Origin: Chrysomallon squamiferum
Taxonomy: Eukaryota > Animalia > Mollusca
Direction of reading: 5' to 3'
DNA: 64,000 nucleotides
Assembly: GCA_012295275.1 (NCBI GenBank)
Contig: CM022667.1
Span: 18,600,001-18,664,000 of the forward strand
A program made the position numbers and the translations under genes. Shown here one piece after another: positions 52,208 through 64,000 of this stretch; positions within the stretch are counted from its first letter, which is position 1, and each line of letters starts with the position of its first letter. Below the pieces are notes generated by a model. The model was not told the origin of the DNA, did not search any database, and worked only from the letters and a program-made list of their open reading frames with translations.

Positions 52208-54975
52208 ATGTCCATGTTTGCATGATTCTTCAAAATCAAATTTTCCACTTATTTTAAACCACTCGTTAAAAAACAAGTTTAACTGTCAAACATGGATTTT
52301 CTAAAAAGTAATCAATTTATTTAAATAAACAAAAACAAAAATTACCACAATTATTACATATAAAATTTAGAAAATAAATTAAGGATTCAGCTTTGGGGGA
52401 AACAGAGTTCTTACCAAGTTCTGAACCTGGTGATGCCAGCCACTAGGCACAAAAATAATTTCACCAGCTTCTTGTATTAATTCAAACTTGTGTTGAGGTT
52501 TTCCACTGTTTGGGTATTTAGACTCATCTTCCAGTTCAGATGATGTAACATCAAACACAAGCTGACCGAACTTGTCTTTCAACACTTCTTCCTCACCTAG
52601 GAAATAAATTTAGTGTTTGTTTGTAATAAACTACTAAGGAAGCTTGCATTGTCACAGATTTAAAATACATATTTAAAATATAACTGGTATACAAAAACGT
52701 AAATACAGTTTTTATTATTCCAAGTGTTAAGATTTTGTATTATTTTATTTATAATATATATTATAAATTTTTACTATTAATGAAAGTTACATAATAAATT
52801 TGTAAAAGTTTGTATTTTCTTTATTTTTGGTGTTATTTTGATAATATTTCAATATATAGAAACTGCAATGTGCAATATTAGTTTTACTGATTTTTGCTAA
52901 GTGGGGTTATGACTTTCCTTTATTTCATTCTTCTTTTCTGATAGAGAATCATTTAAAAATATGCAGTGATACATTTTACAAATACACATAAAAATATTAA
53001 TTTGGTAAGACTTACAACATGCATAACATCTGAGAAAACAAATTTAGGCATCTAATATGTATATTAATTTAAAAAAAAATTTAAAACTAATATCTTAAAC
53101 CAAATGATTTTGAGATTACCATCCTAATGGGTATATTTTTCTACAATAAAATATTAGTTATTCTTTATTAAATACATGCCAGGTGGAAAAAAAACCCATT
53201 TCTTTCTGCCACAGATATTAGCTGACCAGCTGTAAGATCTCATTACATCAGCATGGAGAGGGGTCCTAAAAAAAAATCAAAAACAAAATCAGCTTTTTTA
53301 ATAAAGCCACAATAATAATTAAAATAAGTCATAATTTTTATTTTTTATTTTTATAATAAACTTGAAATCAAATTAATTTCATGGATAATGGTACCAAGTA
53401 TATCAGACTACTAAGGGTAAAGATAGATCTCTGACCAATCAGATTCATTTCTCATTCCAGCCAACACAACACAATTTGAGGCTCTCTTTTTTTTAATTTT
53501 TTTAATTTTTTTACTACAGCTATTATTAATAAAATATGCTAAGATAATAATTTAAAAAATGAAGCATTCATTTATACCTAATATTTATAAGGATTCGACA
53601 CTGACAATATGTCTTGATCATAATTATTAGTAATAAAATGTGTTTATGTAGTATTAAAAAATTAACTCTTCATTTACAACTACAGAAATATTTATAAGAA
53701 TCTGACAAACCAGGAATTTTTAGGTCCCATGTAAACAAATTTATAGTCATCGGATTTGTCAGCTTGAAAATCCCAGAATTCATTTAGCCAGTCAGACTGA
53801 AAATATACTGGAGTCTCATATGCAACATATTCTGGAAATGATCTGCAAATAAAATAAAAATTCTGTTTCTAATGTGACTTGTAAACACAACAGGGTCAAT
53901 CTGTTATCTTATTTTTCAACTTTTGAGATTTACATTTTCCATGTGTTTCACTGTACTACTTTTAAACTCTTTCAGGTTCTATACTATAGGACATTACATT
54001 ATGCTTAGCTTAAATCATCAGGAAAAGGATTAAAACCAAATCTTTTTATGATCATGTAACACTTAATACAGAATTAAAAAATGAATTGTGTTTTTGTTTT
54101 AATATGCCCAGTTAAAGAATAATTTAATTCTTGTTTAAATTTGAGTTTGTAATTTTATGGTTGGTTATTATAAAATTTTTATGAAATTCATTAATATTAT
54201 TTTTTTTGCTGCTATAATTATTAATAGCTTGTTTTATGTCCACAATATAACAACAAACCTTGTAAAATGCCAGTCCTTCAAATACAAACATTTTTCATCT
54301 CCACTGCCTGAGTCACGTTTAATCCAATATTGCAGGAAATCTTTGAGTAACATTTCCTGTTTAGGATGTGCACAGAACAATTGTTGAGTGCAGTCTGCTA
54401 CTGGAACAACTGCTTCTCCTGTATTGACACAAAACTGTTTTAAATATTTTTTCCTTTTTCACATTTTTTTTTTTGTTTGTTTCTATGTGTGTGAATTATC
54501 TCTGAATTAATATTTTGGAAATTAACCTTTAGATTACTGAATAAATATAAAAAGTTTAAAGAAACTAATACATAGAATTTAGTTTTCCTTATAAATATTT
54601 GATAAAAATAATATTCTTGATATAACCCTTTACATTTAAAATAAGTTTGTTTTTTAAGAAATAGCTATTTGGATAAATTAACATGTTGAACATACCAAAA
54701 TGTTCTAGAAGAAATATGAAATTTGGCTTCCCATCTCTGCATACCCAGTCTTTACAACTTTGCCAGTTGATTGTAGAAGCTGAGTTCAAAATGCATGGCT
54801 TATTTGGCAATAGAAAGTGCAAGAAAAAATCCTCATATGATGGAAGTTTATCTAACTTCATTATGCCATTGTGGATGATTTCATTTATTCCTTTTTCTCT
54901 TAGGCTACCTATTTTATGAAATGTTGATTCAGCTGTAACGTTATCAGGTAATGCTGGCCAATTACAATTTGTCAT
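51041..54975 (-). CDS. JMJD4: JmjC-domain 2-oxoglutarate/Fe(II) oxygenase JMJD4, complete, 7 coding exons
   Basis: Exons 54975-54696, 54418-54259, 53842-53711, 53265-53180, 52596-52415, 52134-51991, 51745-51041. Motifs LYLKDWHF, YFQSDWLNEFW, DDYKFVYMGPKNSWTPLHADVMRSYSWSANICGRKKW and FVPSGWHHQVQNLEDTISINHNWLNGCN; the HxD..H metal triad is intact. Confidence 0.95.
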
Positions 54976-56039
54976 AGCATCAAGTCAAATTTACAAATCT
55001 GAAATGGAGAGCATAAAAATATTGTAAAAGACAAAGTTATTATTTTTTTATTATTATCAGTTTTTTTCTTTTTTTTTAATCATTTAACTGAAGGTAAATT
55101 GTTCTTAAATATCAAGAAATACTAAATATATAAACTGATAAAATAAAACTGAATAAATAATTTATCTCTGTTACAAAGCGCAACTGAAAATGTTTCACAT
55201 AATCACATGATCCAATTTAATAATCCATTGTGCATACATTTTTTAATTCATTGATTAGTAAATTCTTTAGTTACAAGTATCCAAATATGTTTAAGAAACA
55301 TTTTTCCATTTCATACACTAGTAACTAACACATTTATTAGTGTGAATGAAATCAACATCACTTCAGCTGATAACAAAGATGGGACAAAATGTTCATAACA
55401 ATATAACACTATTTATTATTGGTTATCGTTGATAACTCACTTATGCATGCTTCATATGTATACCTGTGTGTTATACTAATATACCACCCACTGTCTGAAT
55501 CCAGGTTAATGTAAAAAAAAAATAATATATTAATGTTATTGGTTTTCACCCATATATTTTATTCTTTCTTTCCTTGTTTGTTATTGTTGTGTATGTGTAT
55601 GTGGTGAAACAAACAATTCAGAAAATCTGTTTACTATCATGTTCTGTTATTTGTTATTTATTTAGAACATTTATAAATGTAAAATATGAAAAAGGGATAA
55701 AAAAAAATGAAATAATAGGAATACAAATGAAAAAAGAAATTATAAAATAAATAAATAAATAAATAAAATAAAAACAGGCATGATACTATTATTATTATTA
55801 TTATTACTCTGTTACTATACTTAAGAAATGTATCAATATTAAAATCTGACCGTGTTGATTAGCATTACCATTCATAAATGCACATTCTACAATGATTTAC
55901 CACAAAATTATTCTGAAACAAACTTGCGATCACTTAAAAAGTATTTTTAACCAATACTGAATACAATTAATTATTTATAATTATTAATGTCATTTCATTT
56001 GTCGAAAAAATCATTTCTGCTTTGATATTGTAATAACAT

Positions 56040-56230
56040 TATTTTTAATTATACACTTCTGCGTTTTCGAGGAAAGCATTCGATAAGAAACCGGAAGTTA
56101 ATGTTAATAGCGCCTTTAAAATAATAATAATAAAAAACTAAATTCGAGCCTGGAAAGTGCTTCCGGGTTGGAGCATTAAATTCACATGACAGTGAACTGG
56201 ATTCCTGAGCAGTGTTGCAGGTTTTTTCAT
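56040..56230. promoter_or_regulatory. Putative bidirectional promoter between JMJD4 and the double-FYVE gene
   Basis: CpG cluster with ETS/GABPA motif CCGGAAGT at 56091-56098 and an opposite-strand CTTCCGG near 56160. Lies between the divergent 5' ends of the two genes. Confidence 0.55.
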
Positions 56231-56840
56231 TCATTTGTTTTATCGGATCTTTTTTAACCATTGTTATTTTAGTTATTGTAATTCATTGGTTCAACCAAAT
56301 CTCCATTCAACAACAACAGCAATAATTTGAACACTCTAATAACTTAAGCGAAGGTCTAATCAGGATTTTATCATTCACATGGATTATGGTGATAATATAT
56401 ACATCCTTTACATTTAATCGTTATATTACCTAGGCTTGATGCGAGTTCTACAAAAAAGATTTTCCTGGTCAGGCTTTGCTGTGAAAATTGAAATACCAGT
56501 AACAGTCATAGCATATTCTTTTGTTTCTTCCTGTTTTGTAGCTGTATAAATGATTTGTTATTAGAAAAATGTTTTTAAAAATGAATAAATAAATTAACTA
56601 AATTAAAAAACAAACAAAAACAAAGCAACAAATAATAATAATAATAATAAGAAGAAGAAGATAAAATATAAACAACAAATAATTAAGTATTCTAATCAAA
56701 GGCAAATTTTATTTTGATATATTAATGTATTAACCATTGATCTATTTTTAAATTTTAAAAGTTTTACATTTAGTTTCATTGGATTAGCAAGCATTCTTTT
56801 TTTCTTTTCAGTTTTAAGTCATTGCCATTTAAATTTAAAT

Positions 56841-59800
56841 ATGGGAACATTGGACCAGCCAGCTCTGGACTCCAGATCTCTGGCATCATACTTCAGCAGG
56901 ATAGATGTCCTCACAGCACCTCAAACTGAACAAGAAGAAACAGTCAAAGGTAATTTTATAATTTCGTTTTATTGTGTTTATAAAATATTATAATACAAAT
57001 AATTAATATTAAATACAAACATGTATGTATATTTAAAATAATAGTAAGTGGGTTATGTTGATTCACTAAAATTACTATATATATATTTCACTATGTGATC
57101 TAGTGTGGTACTTTGACTTACAAGTTTAATTCGTTCTGTGACAGAGCTAGTATATCAAATCAATTTTCCCAACTGAAATTAATTGAAATACCATTAATTC
57201 AATCCAGCCCTCCCAAAAACACCCCAATTTTTTATTTTGTTTTGTTAACTGTTTTTAAATAAGAAAAATGTATTTATGAATGCCAATTAATGTAAAATAA
57301 AATAAAAGAGAATGTAAATAAATAAACTGGTATTTATCTTGGTGATTAGACAAATTATTCTAACCCTTTGGCTGCAGTTAGACTTTATCAACTCCTTCTC
57401 CTTCAGTATGGTACATATACTGCCTAGCCTAGTCGACTACATGCACATCTTGCTCATAGTTTTCTATGAATTCAGACTTTAATTCAATGGACATCATCTG
57501 CTTCCTTTTCTCAGCACTGTCATTAGGATCCATGGCCAGAAAAAAAGAAATTTTGCAAAGTACTGCACAGAATTAATAATATTAATACAGTTAACTTATA
57601 TGTACATATTTGTATGAACTGGGCAAAAAAAAAAATATTTGTTAAAATCTGTATCATTAATATTTTTTGATGTAATTTCAAACAAATATGTACATGTTTG
57701 TTTGAAATTACATAAAAAAATATTTGTTTAGACGTGGCTTTAAGTAAGACTTATAACAATTATGTGTTTAATGTTTCAGCAATAACAAAACATCACTGGA
57801 AACCAAATGAGTCAAGATCAAGTTGTTCTAACACATCTTGCAGAAAACAGTTTTTGTTGATTGAAAGACCTTGTCATTGTCGAAGGTATTACTAAAAGAG
57901 CATATATTAAAATTGACAGATGGATATTTTACCACTGAAAGTAATTTTACTAAACTGATTATTACAGAGATAAATTTAGACAATTTTTATTTTGAAATTA
58001 ATTTTACAAAATTGATTATAGCTTTAAGCATTTTTGATCACTAAAGTAATATTGGTATCTTACCTTTTTAGGAATGTTTTGAATACTCAAACTTTATTTT
58101 AAACACAAAATTATTTAAAATATTATATTATATTATATTATATTATATAATATTATATTATAGAAAATCCTGCCATCTATCTGTATAAACTGTATGTGAA
58201 AAATAAATGAAATTTGTATTTAGTCAATGACCCTGTTCTCAGGCAGTCTCCTTTTAATTCTAAAATCCCAAAAATTCTGAAATCCGAAACAAGTTTGGTC
58301 CCAAGCATTGCAGATAAAAGAGTCTCAATCTGTATTGTAATTAAAACCTAATATTTGATTTACATATTTTTTTCAAGCAATATAAAATTATATATTGGGG
58401 TCATTCCGTGTCAAATCACCCAATGGTTTAAACCCGACCGTCTCAGATTTTTATGAAACTTGGTATACTTGTTGACTGGGATCCCACAGCACCAAATCTG
58501 ACATTTTAGCTCAATCAGACCAGTGGTGTGGGAGATACGGCCCACGGAATTTTGAGATTTTTGCCAAAAATGGGTGTGACAACCAACCTTAGAACCCTCA
58601 TATCTCAGGAACTACTGGGCCAATCTTCACAAAATTGGTATTGTTAGAAAGGCAAAATGACAAGGATACCAAATCTGCCAATTTTGTTTAGTTTGGAAAA
58701 TATTGGAGTACCTTGACCTTTTGACCTTTGCTATGACCTTGAAATTGACCGTGTGGATCACGTGATCTTGAGATGACCTTTATTGAAATTTAATCTCCCA
58801 CATGTTAACTAAAACATATAAAAGTTTCCTGGGTGTAATATTTTTTTGTTTAGCCACAATATAGATTTAAAAAATGCACCTACCTGAAAATAACACCTTT
58901 TCAGCCATTAACATCTGATTGACTAAAACCTGAATGATCAATTCTGGATGCTAAGAATCACCATCTCTCTTGATCATTGAGTAAGACATTGTAGGCCTAC
59001 ATGTATGCATAAAGTTCACATATAAAAGTTTCCTGGGTATAATATTTTTGTTTAGCCTTAATAGAGATTTAAAAAATGCATACCTGCATGGATGATTGAT
59101 ACAATGCATTACAATGTACATTTTCTCTGAGACTAAAAACTCATCTTTGGAGTTAAAACCCACCTGACATGTCTGAAGGAATGCCTGAAGGATATGAAAA
59201 GATGCCAAATGGCATGACATGTTCTACACAATCAGGCTCAAAGGGTTAACAGGAAGTAATGCTTCAGGCAGGTCAGGAGCTCCTTTAGATTCCCTGGTGC
59301 AATCCCCATTGAGCACATGGCAATTTGAAGTTTAAGACAAAGAAGTTTCTTCATCTGCATTTCTTTGACAATCTGAAGCTTTTTAAGTTGGACACAATGT
59401 CAGATGTTGATATATAAACAATATTTTTATTTCATAAAACCTGTTACGTAATTTTATCATGTCATGTGGGCCTTGCCATTGGTTTTGAACAAGGTTTCAG
59501 TCAACAGTACAACCCAGTCTGAAATCAGATGTCATCAAGTGATGCACTGCATAATGTATTTGTACACCAAGTCTTCGGCACAGATTATGAATAAGGTCTA
59601 CTTCACCTTAATAAACTGTGATTTATACTTGAGAAGATTGACATAAATGACTAAGACTTGTGGGCCTTTGGCAATATCACATGTACTCTGCTGCCATTTT
59701 ATGACCTGCTTAACTTTACTGAAAGGGTTTCAGGATTTGATTTAATATTTAGGAAAGCACTGACTTTGTTCTATTGAACAATACTGAAAATCCTTATTTC

Positions 59801-62800
59801 TTCCAGAGCTAACTGCAGCTTTAACTCTCCTAAAAATGTGTGTTATCAACACCATCATATCAAAAAGGAGTTGTTGCTGAAGTGTATGGAAAACTGAGGA
59901 AATCGAACTCCTCACTCTTTGAAGTGGGATCAAAACACAGGACATCAAGAGTATCATGAACAAGAACTTTTCATCAAATTTTCAACATCGCAGAAAAAAC
60001 TGTTGTGATCCCCTTAATCATACCACCCTGAGCAAGCATGCACTAGATCTTTAAGAATTGTTAGCATGGGCACTTACAAATGCTTAGTAAATCCTCCAAA
60101 GACACTAGTGTCAGGAGACAAGTTGTGCTGTGACTGTCTGATTACCCTTCAGAAATCAAAGGTCCTGCAGAGGATGGCTTTAGTATGGGTGGTACTACAA
60201 TGGGAGAATTTGGTGATAACTTGCCAGACAAACCGCTGGTTGTTGTTTCCCCAGAAAAGGACTTTGATTTGAATTACATTCTGTTGAGTTTAGGCGAAAC
60301 GCCTGTCAAACTCCATTCACTAGCACATTCCAGTAAATGAATAAAAGGACAGAAAAAAACTAGCATCAGCTACAGTAACATTAAAATGACATCTTAATGT
60401 CTGAATCCTATCCAGAGCGTGTGCAAATCTTGATTTTGTCACCCTTTACCATTGAAAGGACAATGAATTGAAGGAGGAAATAATCCAATTTTATGAAAGT
60501 GATGAGAACAGTAGAATGTGTCTGGGAATGAAGGATACAGTGAGCATTTGAAACAAACATAGTGAGAAGGTTAAGCATCAGAAACACCTAGTTCTCTCAA
60601 ATTTATGTGAACTTTATACATACATGTAGGCCTTCAATGTCTTACTAGATGATCAAGAAAGATGGTGATCCCTAGCATCCAGAATTGATCATTCAGGTTT
60701 TAGTTAATCAGATGTTAATGGCTGTAAACGTGTTATTTTCAGGTATGTGCATTTTTTAAATCTATATTGTGGCTAAACAAAAAATATTACACCCAGGAAA
60801 CTTTTATATGTTTTAGTTAACATGTAGGAGATTAAATTTCAATAAAGGTCATCTCAAAATCACGTGATCCACACGGTCAATTTCAAGGTCATAGCAAAGG
60901 TCAAAAGGTCAAGGTACTCCAATATTTTCCAAACTAAACAAAAATGGCAGATTTGGTATCCTTGTCATTTTGCCTTTCTGACAATACCAATTTTATGAAG
61001 ATTGGCCCAGTAGTTCCTGAGATATGAGGGTTCTAAGGTTGGTGGTCACACCCATTTTTGGCAAAAATCTCAAAATTCCGAGGGCCGTATCTCCCACACC
61101 ACTGGTCTGATTGAGCTAAAATGTCAGATTTGGTGCTGTGGGATCCCAGTCAACAAGTATACCAAGTTTTATAAAAATCTGAGACGGTCGGGTTTAAATT
61201 TCTTTTTTTTTTGGGTGATTTGACACGGAATGACCCATTGATATTTTAATTAAAACATGATATTTTATTTATATATTTAGATGTGGAGAAACATTTTGCA
61301 GGCTATATATATTGATAATGTAATTAAAACATAATGATGTTTTATCTATAGATTTAGTTTTTTTAGATGTGGATTTATATTTTGAAAGCAGTATCTAATA
61401 TTGTAATTAAAACAAAATGATATTTGATTTATACATTTAAATGTTGGAGTAAATTTTGCAAGTCATTTATTGATACTGTAATTAAAACATATTTTATATA
61501 TTTAGATGTGGAGAAATATTTTGCTCAAGTTGTGTGAAATTTCGCAGAAAGTTAAACAAGCTGGCTAATCCAGATCCTGATGGCAAATCGTACAAAGTAA
61601 ATAATTTGTTTTTTTGAATTTTGAAAATTTCTCTCGTAACAACTGATATACTGGTCATGTTACCTGCCAGTAGAAAAGGCAAAGAAAACTAGCCACTTTT
61701 AATCATTTAACCATTAATATTAAATTGAAAATTCAGACACATTCAGCTTCCAGCATATTTTTTAAGATTTTAAAATTTTGCCTTAATATTCAAGAGACAT
61801 TTTTATACTGTGATATTTTCTGCAGGTTTGTCAGAAATGTTATGATGAAGGACGAGTCACAGAAGGATGCATATGTAACTTAACTGAAGAATTCCGATGG
61901 TTACGAGCTGCTGGTAAAAACAGAAGAGCTACAGTCGCTGTTGGTATGTAAATTAAAACTTTCTGTATGGTTATATTTCAGACATATGATGTCATCCTGT
62001 GGTCTCTAGTCCATTTTTCATTTAAATACTTTTAATACAAAATGTTATATAGATTTTCATAACTGTACATAAGTACTAGTACAATAATAATGTTTGGCTG
62101 TATTATTTGATACAGTTATCAATAATCTTATATTTTAAAATATTCTATATTATGTGTATTTATTTGTCTTGTTCTTCTTAGTAATTTTGTCCTTTAAAAA
62201 CTGATATTCTGCTTTACAAACCTTCACTGAAATGGTGGTGTTAACAACATTTAGAGAAATATGTAATGCCTTAAAATGTCAGTAATCTTTTTTTTAAGGA
62301 CAAAGAAATGCATCTTGGAGGGGAAAAATAAACTTAGAAAAAGAATTTCAGAGACTGATAGAAGGTTTCAAAACTATAATTAGTGAATCTGAAATCAAGA
62401 GAACTCTGCAGGAAGTTAGGTGTATGGTATCAGTTCCAGAATGGCAGAAATCCTCTGTCTGGTTGGTAAGAAACTAATAATTTACATAATTTTATTAAGG
62501 TAGTATTTCTTTTTTAAAAGACTTTTGGGATTGGATGGCTAATTTACCTTTTCTGTATTACCAGAAGAAGCTGCACAGTATTTTGACTTTTCATAGGCAA
62601 CTTAAAAAGCTGAATTGGTCCAGTAAAATTTTTACTCCTGATTTTTGTATTAAAAATGATTTTCCTCTTCCAGTCTATTTTTTTACCCCCAATATTTAAT
62701 TCTGTAAAATGTGAATTATGTAAGTTTATATTATATGTATATATTTTTTTCTTTCTGGTACAATTTAATTACCTATTTTCTGGGTTTACCTGTTTATTCT

Positions 62801-62915
62801 AATTGTACAACAAAGTGCTTTTATCCTGAAAATATTACCAGTTTATTGTTGTTGTTGTTATTGTTACTATTATTATCATTATCATTATCACTATTACTGT
62901 TACTGTTACTGTTAC

Positions 62916-62970
<55 letters not shown>

Positions 62971-63683
62971 TCACAGCAAGAACAGATGGCTGATTCCTGC
63001 CAGGTTTGTCGGAACAAATTTGGTGTTTTGCGTAAGAAGGTTTGCTGCAAGGTTTGTGGAATAGCTGTGTGCAAATCATGTTCTTCTAAAGACTTGCTTC
63101 TGTTCCTGCCTGACATTCATGATGGTGAACATCAAACAACACCAAAACTTGCAATAATCAAAATTACAGGAGTAAGTATTTATTTTAAAGCTATCCCTAT
63201 ATTTTATTTCCTTTTCTGATGATTAACTGTGAAGGGGTACCATCATCATTTTAAACGCACACACACGTCTCAGTCAAAATATTTAGACTGGTACTTTGTT
63301 AAAATAATTTTAGTATTGATCTATAAATTTTATAATATGAACTATAATAAACATGATTATAAATTGTAATAAATATTTTTCTTCTTGTTGATGACAAACA
63401 TATTTTATTATGACATTCATTGTTTTAGTCAAATGGTTCTAACCAAATGAATAATTAATGTTGTTGATTTTAAATAAAAGCATACAACAAAACAATAAAG
63501 AATGCTTTAATAACCAAGAATTACTCATTTACTGTGTCTCAGAAATGAAACATTGTTGCCATTTTGAAAATAGCTAATTAAGATAAAAAAAAATTGCTTT
63601 TAAATTGAAAACTGTTAAATAGTAAATTTTATATAGATTTGTGCATTTGTGATTTTATCAAAAAGTTTATAATAATAATAATG

Positions 63684-63719
<36 letters not shown>

Positions 63720-63945
63720 TTCTAAAGTTTATTAAAAATTTATTAAGTGCCCAGAGGTGGAGCCTGAGGTAAGTCTCTATTTAAGAACTTGTGGGCAGTG
63801 TCGTGAAAAAATGATTGACAAGCAGATATCCAGTCTGGAGAGAGGAGAGGATGATCTGCATGAGAATGACTTCCTGTCTAAGATGTGCAATATTCATCAT
63901 ATCTTTTCAAAAGTTGAAACTCAAATCAACAAACATCTTCCAGAG
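56841..63945 (+). CDS. Vac1/Pep7 (rabenosyn-related) double-FYVE zinc-finger protein, 5' part (continues beyond right edge)
   Basis: Exons 56841-56949, 57780-57885, 61506-61596, 61826-61943, 62299-62465, 62977-63171, 63748-63945 join in frame. FYVE1: ITKHHWKPNESRSSCSNTSCRKQF..RPCHCRRCGEIFCSSC..KVCQKCY. Linker: NLTEEFRWLR. FYVE2: WLQEQMADSCQVCRNKF..RKKVCCKVCGIAVCKSC..LRTCGQC. Then SKVETQINKHLPE. Confidence 0.8.
57659..57724. repeat. 66-bp spacer-less near-perfect palindrome
   Basis: AATATTTTTTGATGTAATTTCAAACAAATATGT|ACATGTTTGTTTGAAATTACATAAAAAAATATT; two mismatched pairs. Confidence 0.9.
58255..58332 (-). mobile_element. Tigger/pogo-like transposon terminal fragment
   Basis: Minus strand TA|CAGATTGAGACTCTTTTATCTGCAATGCTTGGGACCAAACTTGTTTCGGATTTCAG resembles the Tigger4/MER46-type terminus (CAGGTTGAG..TTATCC.AAATGCTTGGGACCAG..GTTT.GGATTT), recalled from memory. 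Confidence 0.55.
58398..61236. mobile_element. Sola2-like DNA transposon, non-autonomous, ~625-bp TIRs, 4-bp TSD (ATTG)
   Basis: Termini GGGTCATTCCGTGTCAAATCACCCAA ... TTGGGTGATTTGACACGGAATGACCC. ATTG at 58394-58397 and 61237-61240. TIRs ~58398-59023 and ~60603-61236 are highly similar. A decayed transposase piece EEIIQFYESDENSRMCLGMKDTVSI*NKHSEKVKHQKHLVLSNLCELY lies at ~60470-60620. Confidence 0.85.
61241..61525 (+). repeat. Diverged ~65-90 bp minisatellite whose unit contains the splice acceptor and start of FYVE-gene exon 3
   Basis: Recurrent TAATTAAAACA...ATTT(A/T)AG|ATGTGGAGAAA..TTTTGC at ~61280, 61366, 61440 and 61505 (the real acceptor). A related unit lies left of the Sola2 insertion at ~58335-58395. 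Confidence 0.7.
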
Positions 63946-64000
63946 GTATTTTACTTTGAAAATAAAGCATGTTAAAAATAAAAAAAACTATTTATTTAAT

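Overview
AT-rich, gene-dense, intron-rich genomic DNA from an invertebrate animal (probably a lophotrochozoan or mollusc; the taxon is an inference from composition and gene content). By splicing GT/GC-AG exons by hand and checking phases I recover eight protein-coding genes: IPO4 (-, runs off the left edge), NAPG/gamma-SNAP (+), a secreted Trx-Trx-ERp29C 'PDI-D alpha-like' gene ending in HEEL (+), TEPP/SPMIP8 (-), BANP (-), POGLUT2/KDELC ending in HDEL (+), JMJD4 (-) and a Vac1/Pep7-like double-FYVE gene (+, runs off the right edge). Three pairs are head-to-head. Introns carry decayed transposons (LINE, Gypsy, Ngaro/DIRS-type SGNH, MULE, Tc1/mariner, Tigger-like) and one structurally intact Sola2-like element with ~625-bp TIRs and an ATTG TSD, plus many microsatellites. 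Most ORFs in the supplied track are exon fragments or microsatellite artefacts. I see no tRNA, rRNA or CRISPR array and cannot support a new multi-gene system. The best leads are: two genes with architectures best known from plants, fungi and protists (PDI-D alpha, double-FYVE Vac1); a U12-type intron plus 18-nt microexon in NAPG; a minisatellite built from a real splice acceptor; BANP half-sites in BANP's own promoter; a peptide-repeat micro-ORF between IPO4 and NAPG; and several fold-back palindromes. Family assignments come from remembered sequence motifs, not database searches.
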